Assembly (NCBI GenBank): GCA_019058295.1
Contig: JAHPZI010000016.1
Span: 58,021 to 99,899 of the forward strand
Direction of reading: 5' to 3'
DNA length: 41,879 nucleotides
Source: Promethearchaeota archaeon
GTDB lineage: Archaea; Asgardarchaeota; Lokiarchaeia; Sigyniarchaeales; SOKP01
The notes beneath the pieces were generated by a model, which was given only the letters and a program-made list of their open reading frames with translations, was not told where the DNA came from and ran no database searches. Numbering within the stretch: the first letter of the stretch is position 1; each line of letters opens with the position of its first letter. Below are positions 9,237 to 19,285 of the stretch, one piece after another. The position numbers were made by a program, and so were the translations under genes.

Positions 9237-11633
9237 TTGTATTTATTTAAAGATCAAAATGAAATTGAAATCTCTCTTAATTGCAAATTATGCCTAAAAG
9301 AAATTAAATTTCTAATATCTGCTGAGGAATATAAAAAAATAAAGAAGTTCCCCTTTAAAAGAGAAAGCGTTCACGGAACGCCAAAACATCGTTTGGTTGC
9401 TTACATTAGTAAAAACCTTGATGTCGATAATTTTAAAATAGAAGAAGTAGAAATAGATGAAGAAAAGGCAACTCAAGATGAGGAATTAACTAGACAAGTG
9501 TTGAGTAACCTAGGTTTATCTAATGAAGAAATTGAATTATATGTTCGAATTACTGGGCGAGATGCGGTTTCTCTTGGCGAATTAGCGATTTTAGCTGATA
9601 AACCTAAAGAAGCAACTAAGAAAATGGCAGATCTTTTTGTTAAAAAAGGGTTATTTAGAGAAATTGTTGGAGCAACCCCACATTATACAGCATTGCCTCC
9701 TTATGCTGCCCTGGTCAGTCAATTAGAAGATTTTCATACTTATATAGTAGATTTTAAGAAAAACGCCCCGCTTGAATTAAACAAATCCTTTTCTCGCCTT
9801 GAAGCACAAGCCGATGGAATTAAAAATATTAAAGAATACACCGATTTCATGTTAGATTTAAAAGAAAAAACACTTTCGGATATTTTAACCCAGAGGAAAA
9901 AGTTTGATCAGACTGCTTCTGTAATGGAAGAAATTAGTGGACTTCATGATTTCATTCTCAATCTTGAAGACGATGCAAAAAAAGTTATGGATAAGCAGAC
10001 AGGTGCGTTAGAGAAACAATTTGAAGGTCTTGGTGATAAAATATCTCAAGCTATGGATAGTCAAGTTGAAGATTTAACTGGTCAATTTGACAAAATCAAT
10101 TCCCAAATAACTGGGATTGTAGAAACTCAAATCGATAATTTTAAAAAGCAATTTAATGATATGAAGTCAAGGGTTTCAAAAAATCTACAAAAATTACGTT
10201 TAGGAGTAGTCCAACAAGCCGTAGATAAAGTAATTGAGACGAGTTTTACAGAATGGCTGGCAAAAATAACTGAAAATCTAAATGCACAACTAGGTGAAAT
10301 TCAGAAAGCTTCCAAAGATGGATTAGTTAAAACAAAAATCGGTCTTAATAAGCAACTGGGTGAAATTCAGAAAATTCAGAATGATGGACTAAAAAATATG
10401 ACTGATCAGTTTAATAAAGAATTAATTTCGAAATTAAAAGATTCAATTGAAAGTACTGTTAGTAATATTAAAGGAATCACTTCATCAACGGCTGAATCTG
10501 GTGATGCAATAAAGCAGCTCTTCGGGGACATAAGTAAAAACTTTAGTAAAGCTGTAACAATGGCTGAAGAAAAACTCGGCGGAATGTCGGAAGGTGTCTT
10601 TGAAAGTTTTGACAATTTAAAAGATACTTTTTCTTCAAAAATCGTCGAATCATTAAACAATATTCTAAACGATATTTTAGAGAGATTAGAAGTAAGTGAA
10701 ATGGCTACAAAACAATTCTGGGAACAAGCTGCACAAGGAGGCGGTGGTGCGGCTGCATTAACAATGAAAGATATATGGTTTATACGTTCTATAGAAGGGG
10801 CAAAAGCTCATGTTAACGATGAAGTGGCACAAGCTAAGATGAGGGTACTGATCGTAGCCCCTCAAATTACGGATATCAATCTTGATTCAATTAAGGCATG
10901 CAAAAAACATGTAAACATTAGAATTGCAACAAGTACAGATTTATCTAATTCGGCACATGTAGCAATTTTAGAAGAATTAACTAAAATGCAAAATATTACT
11001 GTTAGAAATCGCAAATTACAAAATTTATGGGGGATCAATCGAGATTACGAAGAAGTTATATTGTGTGTAATCTCACAGACAGATACTGGTACTGAAATTG
11101 CCGGGATCGGTAGTATAATTCAAGAACATATAAAGATATTTGTTCCTATCCTAGAGGATGCATGGGTTGGATCTCAAAAAGGATTCGCACCTTCAATGGG
11201 AACAGTTGAGGTGAGTGAACCAATTAAAGCAACAAAAGCACCTAAACCAGTTAAAGCAAGAGAAGTCCCTAAACCAATTCAAGCAAAAGAAGCACCTGAA
11301 CCTAAACCTTCTCAAAAATTAAAAAAAGTAAAAACACCTACAAAAGCAGTATCCAGTGTTTCAGCAGGAACGCCTCTACCAAAAGACGCTTCTTTGAAAC
11401 AAATATTTGATCATCTCTTAAATAATGCTGATAACATGACAGGAGCTCAAATTGCGTCAATTTTAGATCAACTCAAAAATGATATTGAGAGCCAAAAAGG
11501 GTATTCAGGGGTTATTGCTCCAATTAACCTTGCTATTGCCAATTTAAAATTTGAACAAACTAAATTAAATGCAAAAGAGATAGAACAATTATTAAATAAA
11601 GTTAAATTTTGGCGTAAAAAACTTCATGTCTAA
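9237..11633 (+). CDS. TrmB-like regulator with long helical/coiled-coil insert
   Basis: TrmB-type HTH (LSNLGLSNEEIELYVRI...SLGELA...LFVKKGLFREIVGATPHYTALPP); ~350-aa amphipathic helical region; PLD-like TrmB effector domain (QAKMRVLIVAPQI...WGINRDYEEVIL); Pro/Lys linker; N-terminal CxxC...H-x3-H. Confidence 0.7.
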   Translation: MYLFKDQNEIEISLNCKLCLKEIKFLISAEEYKKIKKFPFKRESVHGTPKHRLVAYISKNLDVDNFKIEEVEIDEEKATQDEELTRQVLSNLGLSNEEIELYVRITGRDAVSLGELAILADKPKEATKKMADLFVKKGLFREIVGATPHYTALPPYAALVSQLEDFHTYIVDFKKNAPLELNKSFSRLEAQADGIKNIKEYTDFMLDLKEKTLSDILTQRKKFDQTASVMEEISGLHDFILNLEDDAKKVMDKQTGALEKQFEGLGDKISQAMDSQVEDLTGQFDKINSQITGIVETQIDNFKKQFNDMKSRVSKNLQKLRLGVVQQAVDKVIETSFTEWLAKITENLNAQLGEIQKASKDGLVKTKIGLNKQLGEIQKIQNDGLKNMTDQFNKELISKLKDSIESTVSNIKGITSSTAESGDAIKQLFGDISKNFSKAVTMAEEKLGGMSEGVFESFDNLKDTFSSKIVESLNNILNDILERLEVSEMATKQFWEQAAQGGGGAAALTMKDIWFIRSIEGAKAHVNDEVAQAKMRVLIVAPQITDINLDSIKACKKHVNIRIATSTDLSNSAHVAILEELTKMQNITVRNRKLQNLWGINRDYEEVILCVISQTDTGTEIAGIGSIIQEHIKIFVPILEDAWVGSQKGFAPSMGTVEVSEPIKATKAPKPVKAREVPKPIQAKEAPEPKPSQKLKKVKTPTKAVSSVSAGTPLPKDASLKQIFDHLLNNADNMTGAQIASILDQLKNDIESQKGYSGVIAPINLAIANLKFEQTKLNAKEIEQLLNKVKFWRKKLHV

Positions 11634-11763
11634 AAAATTAAAAGAAAATCCTTTTATCTTTTAAGTATTTTTTATTTCTTTTTTTGGTATTTTTTCCTTA
11701 AAGTCTAAAATCAAAGTACATCATTTTAGATTAAAAATAATACATTTATTCTTTCTTTTTTAA

Positions 11764-12228
11764 TTATTCTTCTACAAGTATCTTTTTCATCTCAATTAAG
11801 ATAATATCTTTTGTTTCTGCTGGTATTGCTATTTCCTTTATTCTCTTAAATCCAAATGATTTATAAAATTTTTCTGCATAGAAGGTAGACAATGTTAATA
11901 CACTTTTTATTCCTTCTTTTTTTGCTTTAAATAATACTTTTGTAAGTAATTTTTTACCAATACCTTTCTTATGATAATTAATATCCACAAATAGAGTATG
12001 AATTTTTTTTTTATCATAGCCACAGATACCAATAATTTTATCTTTTTCTGTAGCAACATAATAATGTATATTTTTTGATCTTTCAATTAAATTTATAGGA
12101 CTATTTCCTTCAATTTGTAAGCGAATACCTTCTTTGGAATGTCCGCCTAAGTTTATTTTTCTATAATTATCTTTAATTATCTGACTGACTTTTTTTGCAT
12201 CTTCAGTTTTAAATTTCCTTATCTCCAT
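11764..12228 (-). CDS. GNAT family N-acetyltransferase
   Basis: Acetyl-CoA motif LFVDINYHKKGIGKKLL and AEKFYKSFGF. Confidence 0.92.
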   Translation of the reverse strand: MEIRKFKTEDAKKVSQIIKDNYRKINLGGHSKEGIRLQIEGNSPINLIERSKNIHYYVATEKDKIIGICGYDKKKIHTLFVDINYHKKGIGKKLLTKVLFKAKKEGIKSVLTLSTFYAEKFYKSFGFKRIKEIAIPAETKDIILIEMKKILVEE

Positions 12229-12349
12229 ATTTTTAATAAATTTTTATTTTAATTAAAATTAAAATTTCAACTCAATTTTCTTTAAAAACCATTGAACTTA
12301 GATTTAAAATAAAACATTTATTATTTCTTTTTTAATTATTTCTTTTTGT

Positions 12350-13345
12350 ATGGCACATAAATTAATAACAGTAGAGTCGGGGAAAATTAATGATTATATT
12401 CATCATCTTGACTTAAAAGAATTTGGCACAAGAAGAATTCTTTCCTCATTTATAGGAGAATTTGATGATTGTTCTATAATTCTTGATAGTGGCTCATCTC
12501 TTGAGGTTAACGGGCTTATAAGATATGCTAAAAAAAATCAAATTCCTTTATCATCCTTTAAATATCTTATAACAACACATCATCACTTCGATCACAATGG
12601 TGGGATGTGGAAACTTTACGAAATTATTAAAAAACATAATCCTAGTGTGAAAATTATTACAAATCAAAAGACCAAGGAGTTGTTAAACGATTACGAGTAT
12701 CATCTAAATCGAGCAAAAAGCACCTTTGGAAATTTTATTGGTGAAATGAAACCCATAGAAGAAAATGCGTTTAAAATTATTGAACCAGCTACGGACTTTG
12801 GTGTGAAACCGAATTCAATTGAGATTTTAGATACATTTAAGATAAATGGCAAGGAAATAAAATTTTCTATTATAAAAACGCCAGGGCATACGCCAGACCA
12901 TGAATGCCCATTATTCATCAAAGATGGAGAAATTGATTTTATTTTTTTCGGAGAAGCTATAGGGACATTATACCACTCTACTAAGCTATTAACGATGCCT
13001 ACTTCAATGCCAGTCTATTTTAAATATAATGAATATATGGAAACTCTTGAAAGATTGAAAAAATTGAGTCCTTTGAGAGCTGGCTTTGGCCATTTTGGTG
13101 TTGTCAACGGAAAAGACAATGTGCGTGAAATTATGATAGAAAATGAATCTTTTATGAAAGAATACAGAGCTAAAATAATCGAATTTTATGAAGAAAAACC
13201 TGAAACAAGGTATGTAGTAAATAAAATTCTACCAATTTTAGTTCCAAGGACGGATTTAATAGGTGGAGACCATCCCGTTCTTAAAAATATTGTTTTAGCT
13301 ATTGTCTATGGCATGCTGATTGATTTAGGATATAGAAAAATTTAA
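12350..13345 (+). CDS. Metallo-beta-lactamase fold hydrolase
   Basis: THHHFDHNGG, TPGHTPDH, FGHFG motifs. Confidence 0.92.
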   Translation: MAHKLITVESGKINDYIHHLDLKEFGTRRILSSFIGEFDDCSIILDSGSSLEVNGLIRYAKKNQIPLSSFKYLITTHHHFDHNGGMWKLYEIIKKHNPSVKIITNQKTKELLNDYEYHLNRAKSTFGNFIGEMKPIEENAFKIIEPATDFGVKPNSIEILDTFKINGKEIKFSIIKTPGHTPDHECPLFIKDGEIDFIFFGEAIGTLYHSTKLLTMPTSMPVYFKYNEYMETLERLKKLSPLRAGFGHFGVVNGKDNVREIMIENESFMKEYRAKIIEFYEEKPETRYVVNKILPILVPRTDLIGGDHPVLKNIVLAIVYGMLIDLGYRKI

Positions 13346-13518
13346 TTCTTAATTAAAACCTCTAAGAAATTAATTAATTTAATCGATCTACCTTAAAATA
13401 TTCCCAAAGACTAGAAAAGCTTATAAGAATAAAAAATATCATATGAAGTAATTAAAAAGCTTATGATCTAATGTAAGTTAGCTATGTTGAAAAAATAGTT
13501 TTTTAGAGGTGTTAAACT

Positions 13519-13860
13519 ATTAATAATGAATCCAATACTAATATAGATGAAAAGTTTAAAGGAAAATTTTTAAATACAATTAATGAAGTTTTTGAACAAA
13601 TGCATGACGACATTGCTCAAATTATTGAGGATCAAAATCAAAAGATTGCTGATCATTTTAATAATTTCCAAGGTAAACTTTTAATAACTGTGCAAAAAAT
13701 GCGTCTGGGCGCTCTTCATCAAACCTATCTCAAAATAATAGATACAATTCAAAATACAGAAATGGAAAGGATTAGAATACAATCTGAACATGATAATATA
13801 GCATTTCGAAAAATTTTTAGAGATGGATTGACAAAAATCATTTTTACGCTTCCGACTTAA
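13519..13860 (+). CDS. Hypothetical helical protein; probable start at ATT 13519 rather than ATG 13600
   Basis: The frame stays open for 27 codons upstream of ATG 13600 to ATT 13519, which lies 7 nt after a GAGGTG SD (13506-13511); in-frame TAA at 13513. Confidence 0.55.
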   Translation: MNNESNTNIDEKFKGKFLNTINEVFEQMHDDIAQIIEDQNQKIADHFNNFQGKLLITVQKMRLGALHQTYLKIIDTIQNTEMERIRIQSEHDNIAFRKIFRDGLTKIIFTLPT

Positions 13861-13957
13861 ATGCTAATTAAGATTAATCATTCTAACTAAATTGACTTTA
13901 TTAATTTTTTATTTAATTTTTCACTTAATTTTTCACTCTTTTTTTATAAGATATAAA

Positions 13958-14542
13958 TCATAGAATCTCTTCAATTATCAAATAAAAAGACTCATTTCGT
14001 ATAAACGAATTTACCTTACAATTCCAATTATCTCTCAATATCTTTTCAAAGTATTCAGCCCAAAAAGTGCTAAAACTTTTTGTTAAATCGTGATTAAATT
14101 TTATCTGAAAGATTCCCTTCTCGTTTTTTTCTAACTCTATGTTATAAAAATAGTTAGCCACTTCCCACATTCCCTTTAATCCATTTAAAAATTCTTCGAG
14201 ATTCATCTCATCTATTCTTTTACCATTATACCATTCAATAACTTCAACTGCGATGTTTTTAGAGAATACCTCCTCTTTTTTGCCTTTAATATAGGAAAGA
14301 AAAGTAGTTTTTCCAACTAAAACCATGTTCAATTCATCTCTCGCTCTACACCACATTTCCTCTATGGTTCCTAAATATGGTTTTTTGAATCTTTTTAATG
14401 TCTTAATGGCTTCGTCTACTACACCTGATTTCGAACCATACTCACCTTCATATTCTTCTAAAATATCAAAGGATTCATCTGAGATTGTAGCATGGACTGA
14501 CTTTTTATGACTTTTTTCGCGCTTTGTCATAATATTAATCAT
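13958..14542 (-). CDS. Ribbon-helix-helix regulator with V4R-like C-terminal domain (start possibly 14530)
   Basis: KKSVHATISDESFDILEEY...SKSGVVDEAIK is an RHH pattern; C-terminal FQIKFNHDLTKSFSTFWAEYFEKIL. Confidence 0.65.
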   Translation of the reverse strand: MINIMTKREKSHKKSVHATISDESFDILEEYEGEYGSKSGVVDEAIKTLKRFKKPYLGTIEEMWCRARDELNMVLVGKTTFLSYIKGKKEEVFSKNIAVEVIEWYNGKRIDEMNLEEFLNGLKGMWEVANYFYNIELEKNEKGIFQIKFNHDLTKSFSTFWAEYFEKILRDNWNCKVNSFIRNESFYLIIEEIL

Positions 14543-14679
14543 TATTCATAACAATTTAAATTTTTAATGTAATTATATTAATAATATGTGTCACAATATT
14601 TAAATATTAATGTTATCTATCATAATATGGATGACATAATTTTAATAATTAATTAAAAAAAATCTATTAGAAAATAAAA

Positions 14680-15459
14680 ATGAACAATTGCGTACATAGT
14701 GAAGAAAAAGAAAACTCTAAGAATTTTTGGCTTATGATTTTACTTTTTAATATATTTATTTTTTTTATGGCTTTTATTGATTCGGGGGTGATTATTGCCC
14801 TTTTCTATATGATATGGATTTTTATCTTATATTTGACGATATTTTTAATTTTTAGACATACTAAAAACTATGAGTTAAAAGAAGTTAAGAAAAAAATGAA
14901 TAATTATACTAATGGGACAGAAGTAATTAATGCAAGTTATACCACGGTAAAAAATAAAAATGAATTTATAATAGAAAATGATGAATCCCTTTTTTCTCAT
15001 CAAATTTTATTGATATTTATGATATCGCTGGTGGCAAGTGCCCCGATATATATTCTTGGTATTATCTATGAAGCTATTGAGCACTCGGAAGTAAGAGTTG
15101 ATCCCTCATATATAGCATTTATATTAATTTTTATTATGATTCTTAGTATACCTTTTATTATTGCATATCTATATTATAGAAATCGAATAACTCTATGTAA
15201 TATCGATAAAGCTTCCAAGGTAATTCTATTTAGAAAAATCTCTCCTAAACAAAAGGATCTAAAAAAAATATTTTTCTCGAATGTTGAGGATTTTGGATAT
15301 TCCGAAGATCCTATGTCTACATATTATTTGAAAGTTAGAGATAAATACGGAGTTAAGATTACTTTATTTGAAGGTTGGGAAGAAGAATGCATTGATATTT
15401 ATAATAAAATATCAGATTTTTTAGGATTTAAATTTCCAAATGAATTAGGGAATTGTTAG
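14680..15459 (+). CDS. Membrane protein with C-terminal PH-like domain
   Basis: 4 TM segments; C-terminal beta-rich region plus terminal helix, similar to 16073..16687. Confidence 0.65.
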   Translation: MNNCVHSEEKENSKNFWLMILLFNIFIFFMAFIDSGVIIALFYMIWIFILYLTIFLIFRHTKNYELKEVKKKMNNYTNGTEVINASYTTVKNKNEFIIENDESLFSHQILLIFMISLVASAPIYILGIIYEAIEHSEVRVDPSYIAFILIFIMILSIPFIIAYLYYRNRITLCNIDKASKVILFRKISPKQKDLKKIFFSNVEDFGYSEDPMSTYYLKVRDKYGVKITLFEGWEEECIDIYNKISDFLGFKFPNELGNC

Positions 15460-15507
15460 TTGAGAAATTTGATAAAGAATAAACTAAATTAAAAAAAAAG
15501 AAATCAT

Positions 15508-16056
15508 GTGAAAAATGAAATGTTCGATATAAACCCTGTAATGAAATATGATTTGTGTTATCAACATAAGGATTTAATAAAAAAAGGAATTGTAAAAATT
15601 ATTTTAATATGTCCGATGTTGTATTTAATATATAGTGGAATAATACCTATGTTTTCACTCCCTGTTATTATTGAGGTTTTGCTTTTTCTTATAGTATTTA
15701 TTTTATCAGAATCAGCTGTTATTTTTGTGGGAGTTTCCAATATAATTCAAGGAAGAAAAGAAATTAGATTCGAAATTGATGGTGCCGATATAAGAAAATT
15801 CGAAGATAAAAAATTAAAGATAATGACAACAGCAAAAGAACTTAAAAAAATAAATTATATTTATACCGAACCAGTAGAGTGGAAAACTATAACTTTTCAT
15901 TTATTGAACAAAAAAAAGATTAAAATAACCATTACTGAAAAGAATGAATTTCCTAAAATAGAGGAATTTCTTAAGTTTTTATTATATTATTGTAGAAAAT
16001 ATGACATTCCTTTTAAAAAAACTAAATTAAAACAAGAAATTGTTATAAGTTGTTAA
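15508..16056 (+). CDS. Membrane protein, 2 TM plus PH-like soluble domain
   Basis: Two hydrophobic helices, then IRFEIDGADIRKF...TITFHLLNKKKIKITI and a terminal helix. Confidence 0.6.
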   Translation: MKNEMFDINPVMKYDLCYQHKDLIKKGIVKIILICPMLYLIYSGIIPMFSLPVIIEVLLFLIVFILSESAVIFVGVSNIIQGRKEIRFEIDGADIRKFEDKKLKIMTTAKELKKINYIYTEPVEWKTITFHLLNKKKIKITITEKNEFPKIEEFLKFLLYYCRKYDIPFKKTKLKQEIVISC

Positions 16057-16072
16057 AATGAAATAGAGGCAA

Positions 16073-16687
16073 ATGAACGAATTTAATTTGGATGAGGAAG
16101 AAATAAATAAATTAGAAGGGGAGGAAATCATAAATAAATATTATTCGATTTTAAAGAGTAAGAATAAGTTAATAATTAGATTTAACCATTGGCTTTATGC
16201 TTTATTCGCTATATTGAGAATCATTTTATGTTTTAATCCGTTTTTGATTTATTTGTTAATATTACTATATATAGAGAGAGGTATTACAATGTTTTTTGGA
16301 ATAACTAGTATTTTTACTACTTATTTATTAATTTTAATAATTTTGTTATTGCCGATATCCTTATTTCTAGGTACTTTTAGACGAAAAAAAGAATTAATTT
16401 TAGATAAATTTTCAAAAACTCTAATCTATAATCAAACAACACCTAGATTTAGACAATTAGAAATAATAGATTTTCAAAAAATTGAAGAAATAATTTATCA
16501 GGATAATGAGTGCGGTTTTTATCTATTTTTTATCTTACAGGATTCGAAGAAAAGAGATATTTTCTCTGGATCAATAGAAGATTGTAGGAAACTTGGGCGA
16601 ATAATAGCAGAATTTCTAGATAAGCCTTTTTATTATTATAGATATAAATTTATTGGTAAATCTGAGAAAATTAGTCAAATGAGGTGA
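16073..16687 (+). CDS. Membrane protein with C-terminal PH-like domain, paralog of 14680..15459
   Basis: ILDKFSKTLIY...FSGSIEDCRKLGRIIAEFL vs NIDKASKVILF...FEGWEEECIDIYNKISDFL. Confidence 0.65.
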   Translation: MNEFNLDEEEINKLEGEEIINKYYSILKSKNKLIIRFNHWLYALFAILRIILCFNPFLIYLLILLYIERGITMFFGITSIFTTYLLILIILLLPISLFLGTFRRKKELILDKFSKTLIYNQTTPRFRQLEIIDFQKIEEIIYQDNECGFYLFFILQDSKKRDIFSGSIEDCRKLGRIIAEFLDKPFYYYRYKFIGKSEKISQMR

Positions 16688-16695
16688 ATAATAAA

Positions 16696-16947
16696 ATGTC
16701 CTATGGTGGTCCAGGTGGACTTAATTGCTGTCCACGATGTGGCGAACCTCTCCCCATCGATGTGGCTATATGCCATAGATGCGGATTTAAATATTACGAT
16801 CCATATTCAACAGTGAAAAAATCTTCTTTAAGGGAAGACTCTTACGTAGATGATTTTTCTTTTAAAAAAATAATAATGTCTTTCCTGAAAAATCCCTTAT
16901 TAATCTTTCTTTTAATTTCTCTTGCTATTATTATACTTATCCTTTAG
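16696..16947 (+). CDS. Small zinc-ribbon protein with C-terminal TM anchor
   Basis: CPRCG...CHRCG plus hydrophobic C-terminus; GAGGTG SD at 16681 favours ATG 16696 over GTG 16684. Confidence 0.75.
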   Translation: MSYGGPGGLNCCPRCGEPLPIDVAICHRCGFKYYDPYSTVKKSSLREDSYVDDFSFKKIIMSFLKNPLLIFLLISLAIIILIL

Positions 16948-17026
16948 TTTTTTCTAATATGTATTAATATATCTTTAAATTTTTTTATTCAAAAAATTCT
17001 AAATTCTATAATACTTATATCCTTTA

Positions 17027-18241
17027 ATGGATCAGAATATTCAGAAATTTGATTTAATCATAATTGGAGCAAGTATCTCCGGAAATTATCTCACATACTT
17101 ATTATCAAAAACTAACTTAAAAATTGCGATTATTGAGGAGCATAAAGAGATTGGGATTCCATTTCAATGTGCGGGAATTGTCTCTCAGAAATTAAGTAAA
17201 TTAATCAATTTACCCAAAAATATTATATTAAATCGTGTTAAAATTGCGAAGATTGTAGCGCCCTCTGGGAAATATATAAAGTTATCTGGAAATGAACAAC
17301 CTTTTATTATTGATAGAGTTGCTTTAGACCGATTTTTTTACGATAAAGTTAAGGATAAAGATAACATCAGTTACTTTCTTGGAGAAAAATATGAATCATT
17401 CAAATATATTAAAGATGGTCAACAAAAGTCTGTTTTAATAGAAACTTCAAAAAGAAAATTGAAGGCTAAAATATTGATTGGATGTGATGGCCCTCTTTCT
17501 GTTGTAGCAAGATCTTTTAGAATTAAAAATAAACTATTATATGGAACTCAAATCAGAATAAAGGGCAGCTTTAATCAAAATGAAGCTGTTATGTTTTTCG
17601 ATCCTCACTGGAAAGAATTATTTGGTTGGATAGTACCAGAAGGAAGCAACGATATTTATAGAATTGGGCTGGCATCCTCTAAAAATGTTAGTATAAATTT
17701 CAAAAATTTCTTAAATAAGCTCGATATAAATAGTGCCAAGAAAATCGATCAACAAGGAGGATTAATCCCTTATGGAGTTATGAATAAATTGGCATTTGAT
17801 AATGTTTTGCTGTTAGGGGATGCCGCAGGACAAGTCAAAGCCACTACAGGAGGTGGGATTATTATGTTATTAATTGCCGCAAAATATGCATCCTATTGCG
17901 TTCAAAAATGTTTTGATTTGGGCGATTATTCAAAGAAATCTATTAAAAAATATTATGAAAAACCATGCCTTAACTCTATTGGAAAACAAATAAGATTACA
18001 TTATTTAATAAGATTAATTTTTGAAAAATTCTCTAATTATGATTTTGAAACCTTTTTCCAGATTGTAAAAAGCAGTAAAATAGAGGAAATCATATCTCTA
18101 TATGGGGATATGGATTTTCCACGGAGCATAATGATTAAATTATTGAAAAATTCAATAGTGATAAAATTCTTAATCCGATTTTTTTCCAAAAATCCTTTAC
18201 TTATTCTTAAAATCTTAACAGTTCTTAAAAAGAGATATTGA
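17027..18241 (+). CDS. Geranylgeranyl reductase family FAD-dependent oxidoreductase
   Basis: Degenerate Rossmann IIGASISG, QCAGIVS, IGCDG, FGWIVP, GDAAGQVKATTGGGI. Confidence 0.88.
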   Translation: MDQNIQKFDLIIIGASISGNYLTYLLSKTNLKIAIIEEHKEIGIPFQCAGIVSQKLSKLINLPKNIILNRVKIAKIVAPSGKYIKLSGNEQPFIIDRVALDRFFYDKVKDKDNISYFLGEKYESFKYIKDGQQKSVLIETSKRKLKAKILIGCDGPLSVVARSFRIKNKLLYGTQIRIKGSFNQNEAVMFFDPHWKELFGWIVPEGSNDIYRIGLASSKNVSINFKNFLNKLDINSAKKIDQQGGLIPYGVMNKLAFDNVLLLGDAAGQVKATTGGGIIMLLIAAKYASYCVQKCFDLGDYSKKSIKKYYEKPCLNSIGKQIRLHYLIRLIFEKFSNYDFETFFQIVKSSKIEEIISLYGDMDFPRSIMIKLLKNSIVIKFLIRFFSKNPLLILKILTVLKKRY

Positions 18242-18242
18242 T

Positions 18243-18617
18243 CTATTTATATGGAGATTTCCAAGAAAAAATAGCAATCTCATTAAATAAGAGATACCAA
18301 ATTATAAATAAAGATATAATAAAAGCGTCAACTGCTAGACCGAATCCTTTGACGCCTTTTGGAATACCTAATCCTTCTTCATTTTTACACTGTACTATGG
18401 CTCGAAAACCAGCAACTAAATAGATTAAAGCTACTAATAATGATACAATATAAAAAAAGACTGCAATTAACGCAAAAGTGTAGAGAGGTCTTCCTTCTAT
18501 ATCAACCATTTTATTTAGCGCTATCCAATATTCGAATATCAAATAGGTTGGAATTAAGAAGCAAATAACTGCTGTCAAAAAGAAAACCATGCTCCAAAGA
18601 ATACCTTTCATCGCCAT
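18243..18617 (-). CDS. Hypothetical 3-TM membrane protein
   Basis: 124-aa ORF with three hydrophobic segments. Confidence 0.75.
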   Translation of the reverse strand: MAMKGILWSMVFFLTAVICFLIPTYLIFEYWIALNKMVDIEGRPLYTFALIAVFFYIVSLLVALIYLVAGFRAIVQCKNEEGLGIPKGVKGFGLAVDAFIISLFIIWYLLFNEIAIFSWKSPYK

Positions 18618-18691
18618 ATTTATCTTTTTCTTTCGTATTGGTTTTATTTAGTATATATGTGGTTAATTAAAAAATTTGTTGGAGTTAAGAT

Positions 18692-19201
18692 CTAAGGTTT
18701 GAAACCATTTTTTAAGATTATTTGTGTTGCGTATTTCGCAATAGTTCCTACTAGGTTTGGGCAATGATCTAACAAACCACCCGGTTTCATAGCTTTTTGT
18801 AATTCTTTTAAATCCCAAAGATTCCATGTTCTTCCCGTTAATGATTTTTGAACATCGTGACATCGGCAAGATCCATATTCTTTCAAATATTGAGAATGTA
18901 ATTTTTTTACAAGCTTATAGGATTTAATAGGTTTAGAGATATCTTTAAAATCTTTCCTTTCTCTTCCAAAAAGATAACTGATAACCATTGATCCCCCAAT
19001 TAAAGCGCCGCACGACCCATCACCGGTCAATCCTAAGCCATCAGCAAGACCGCTCGCTGCTTTGAAAACATTTTCATCCCAAATGCCTAATGCATCAAAG
19101 ATCGCTGCTATTGTGCTCTGAGCGCATCCCGTATAATTAGATTCATATTTCTTTCCAAGTTCGAAGGCTTTATTTAAAATTGAGTCTTTAGATTCCTCCA
19201 T
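18692..19201 (-). CDS. C-GCAxxG-C-C family putative redox-active protein
   Basis: GCAQST, GSCGALIGG, GSCRC, terminal HC motif. Confidence 0.9.
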   Translation of the reverse strand: MEESKDSILNKAFELGKKYESNYTGCAQSTIAAIFDALGIWDENVFKAASGLADGLGLTGDGSCGALIGGSMVISYLFGRERKDFKDISKPIKSYKLVKKLHSQYLKEYGSCRCHDVQKSLTGRTWNLWDLKELQKAMKPGGLLDHCPNLVGTIAKYATQIILKNGFKP

Positions 19202-19285
19202 ATTTCTTCATCTTAAAAAATATATATATATAATCTAAATTAAATTTATTAATTTATTAAATCAAAATATATAAAGGTTTTTAAA

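Noticed and set aside
12275-12288. ttttctttaaaaa near the GNAT/MBL intergenic region as another copy of the cluster motif
   Set aside because: Only four Ts, no TTTAAATA box and atypical spacing; likely an AT-rich chance match
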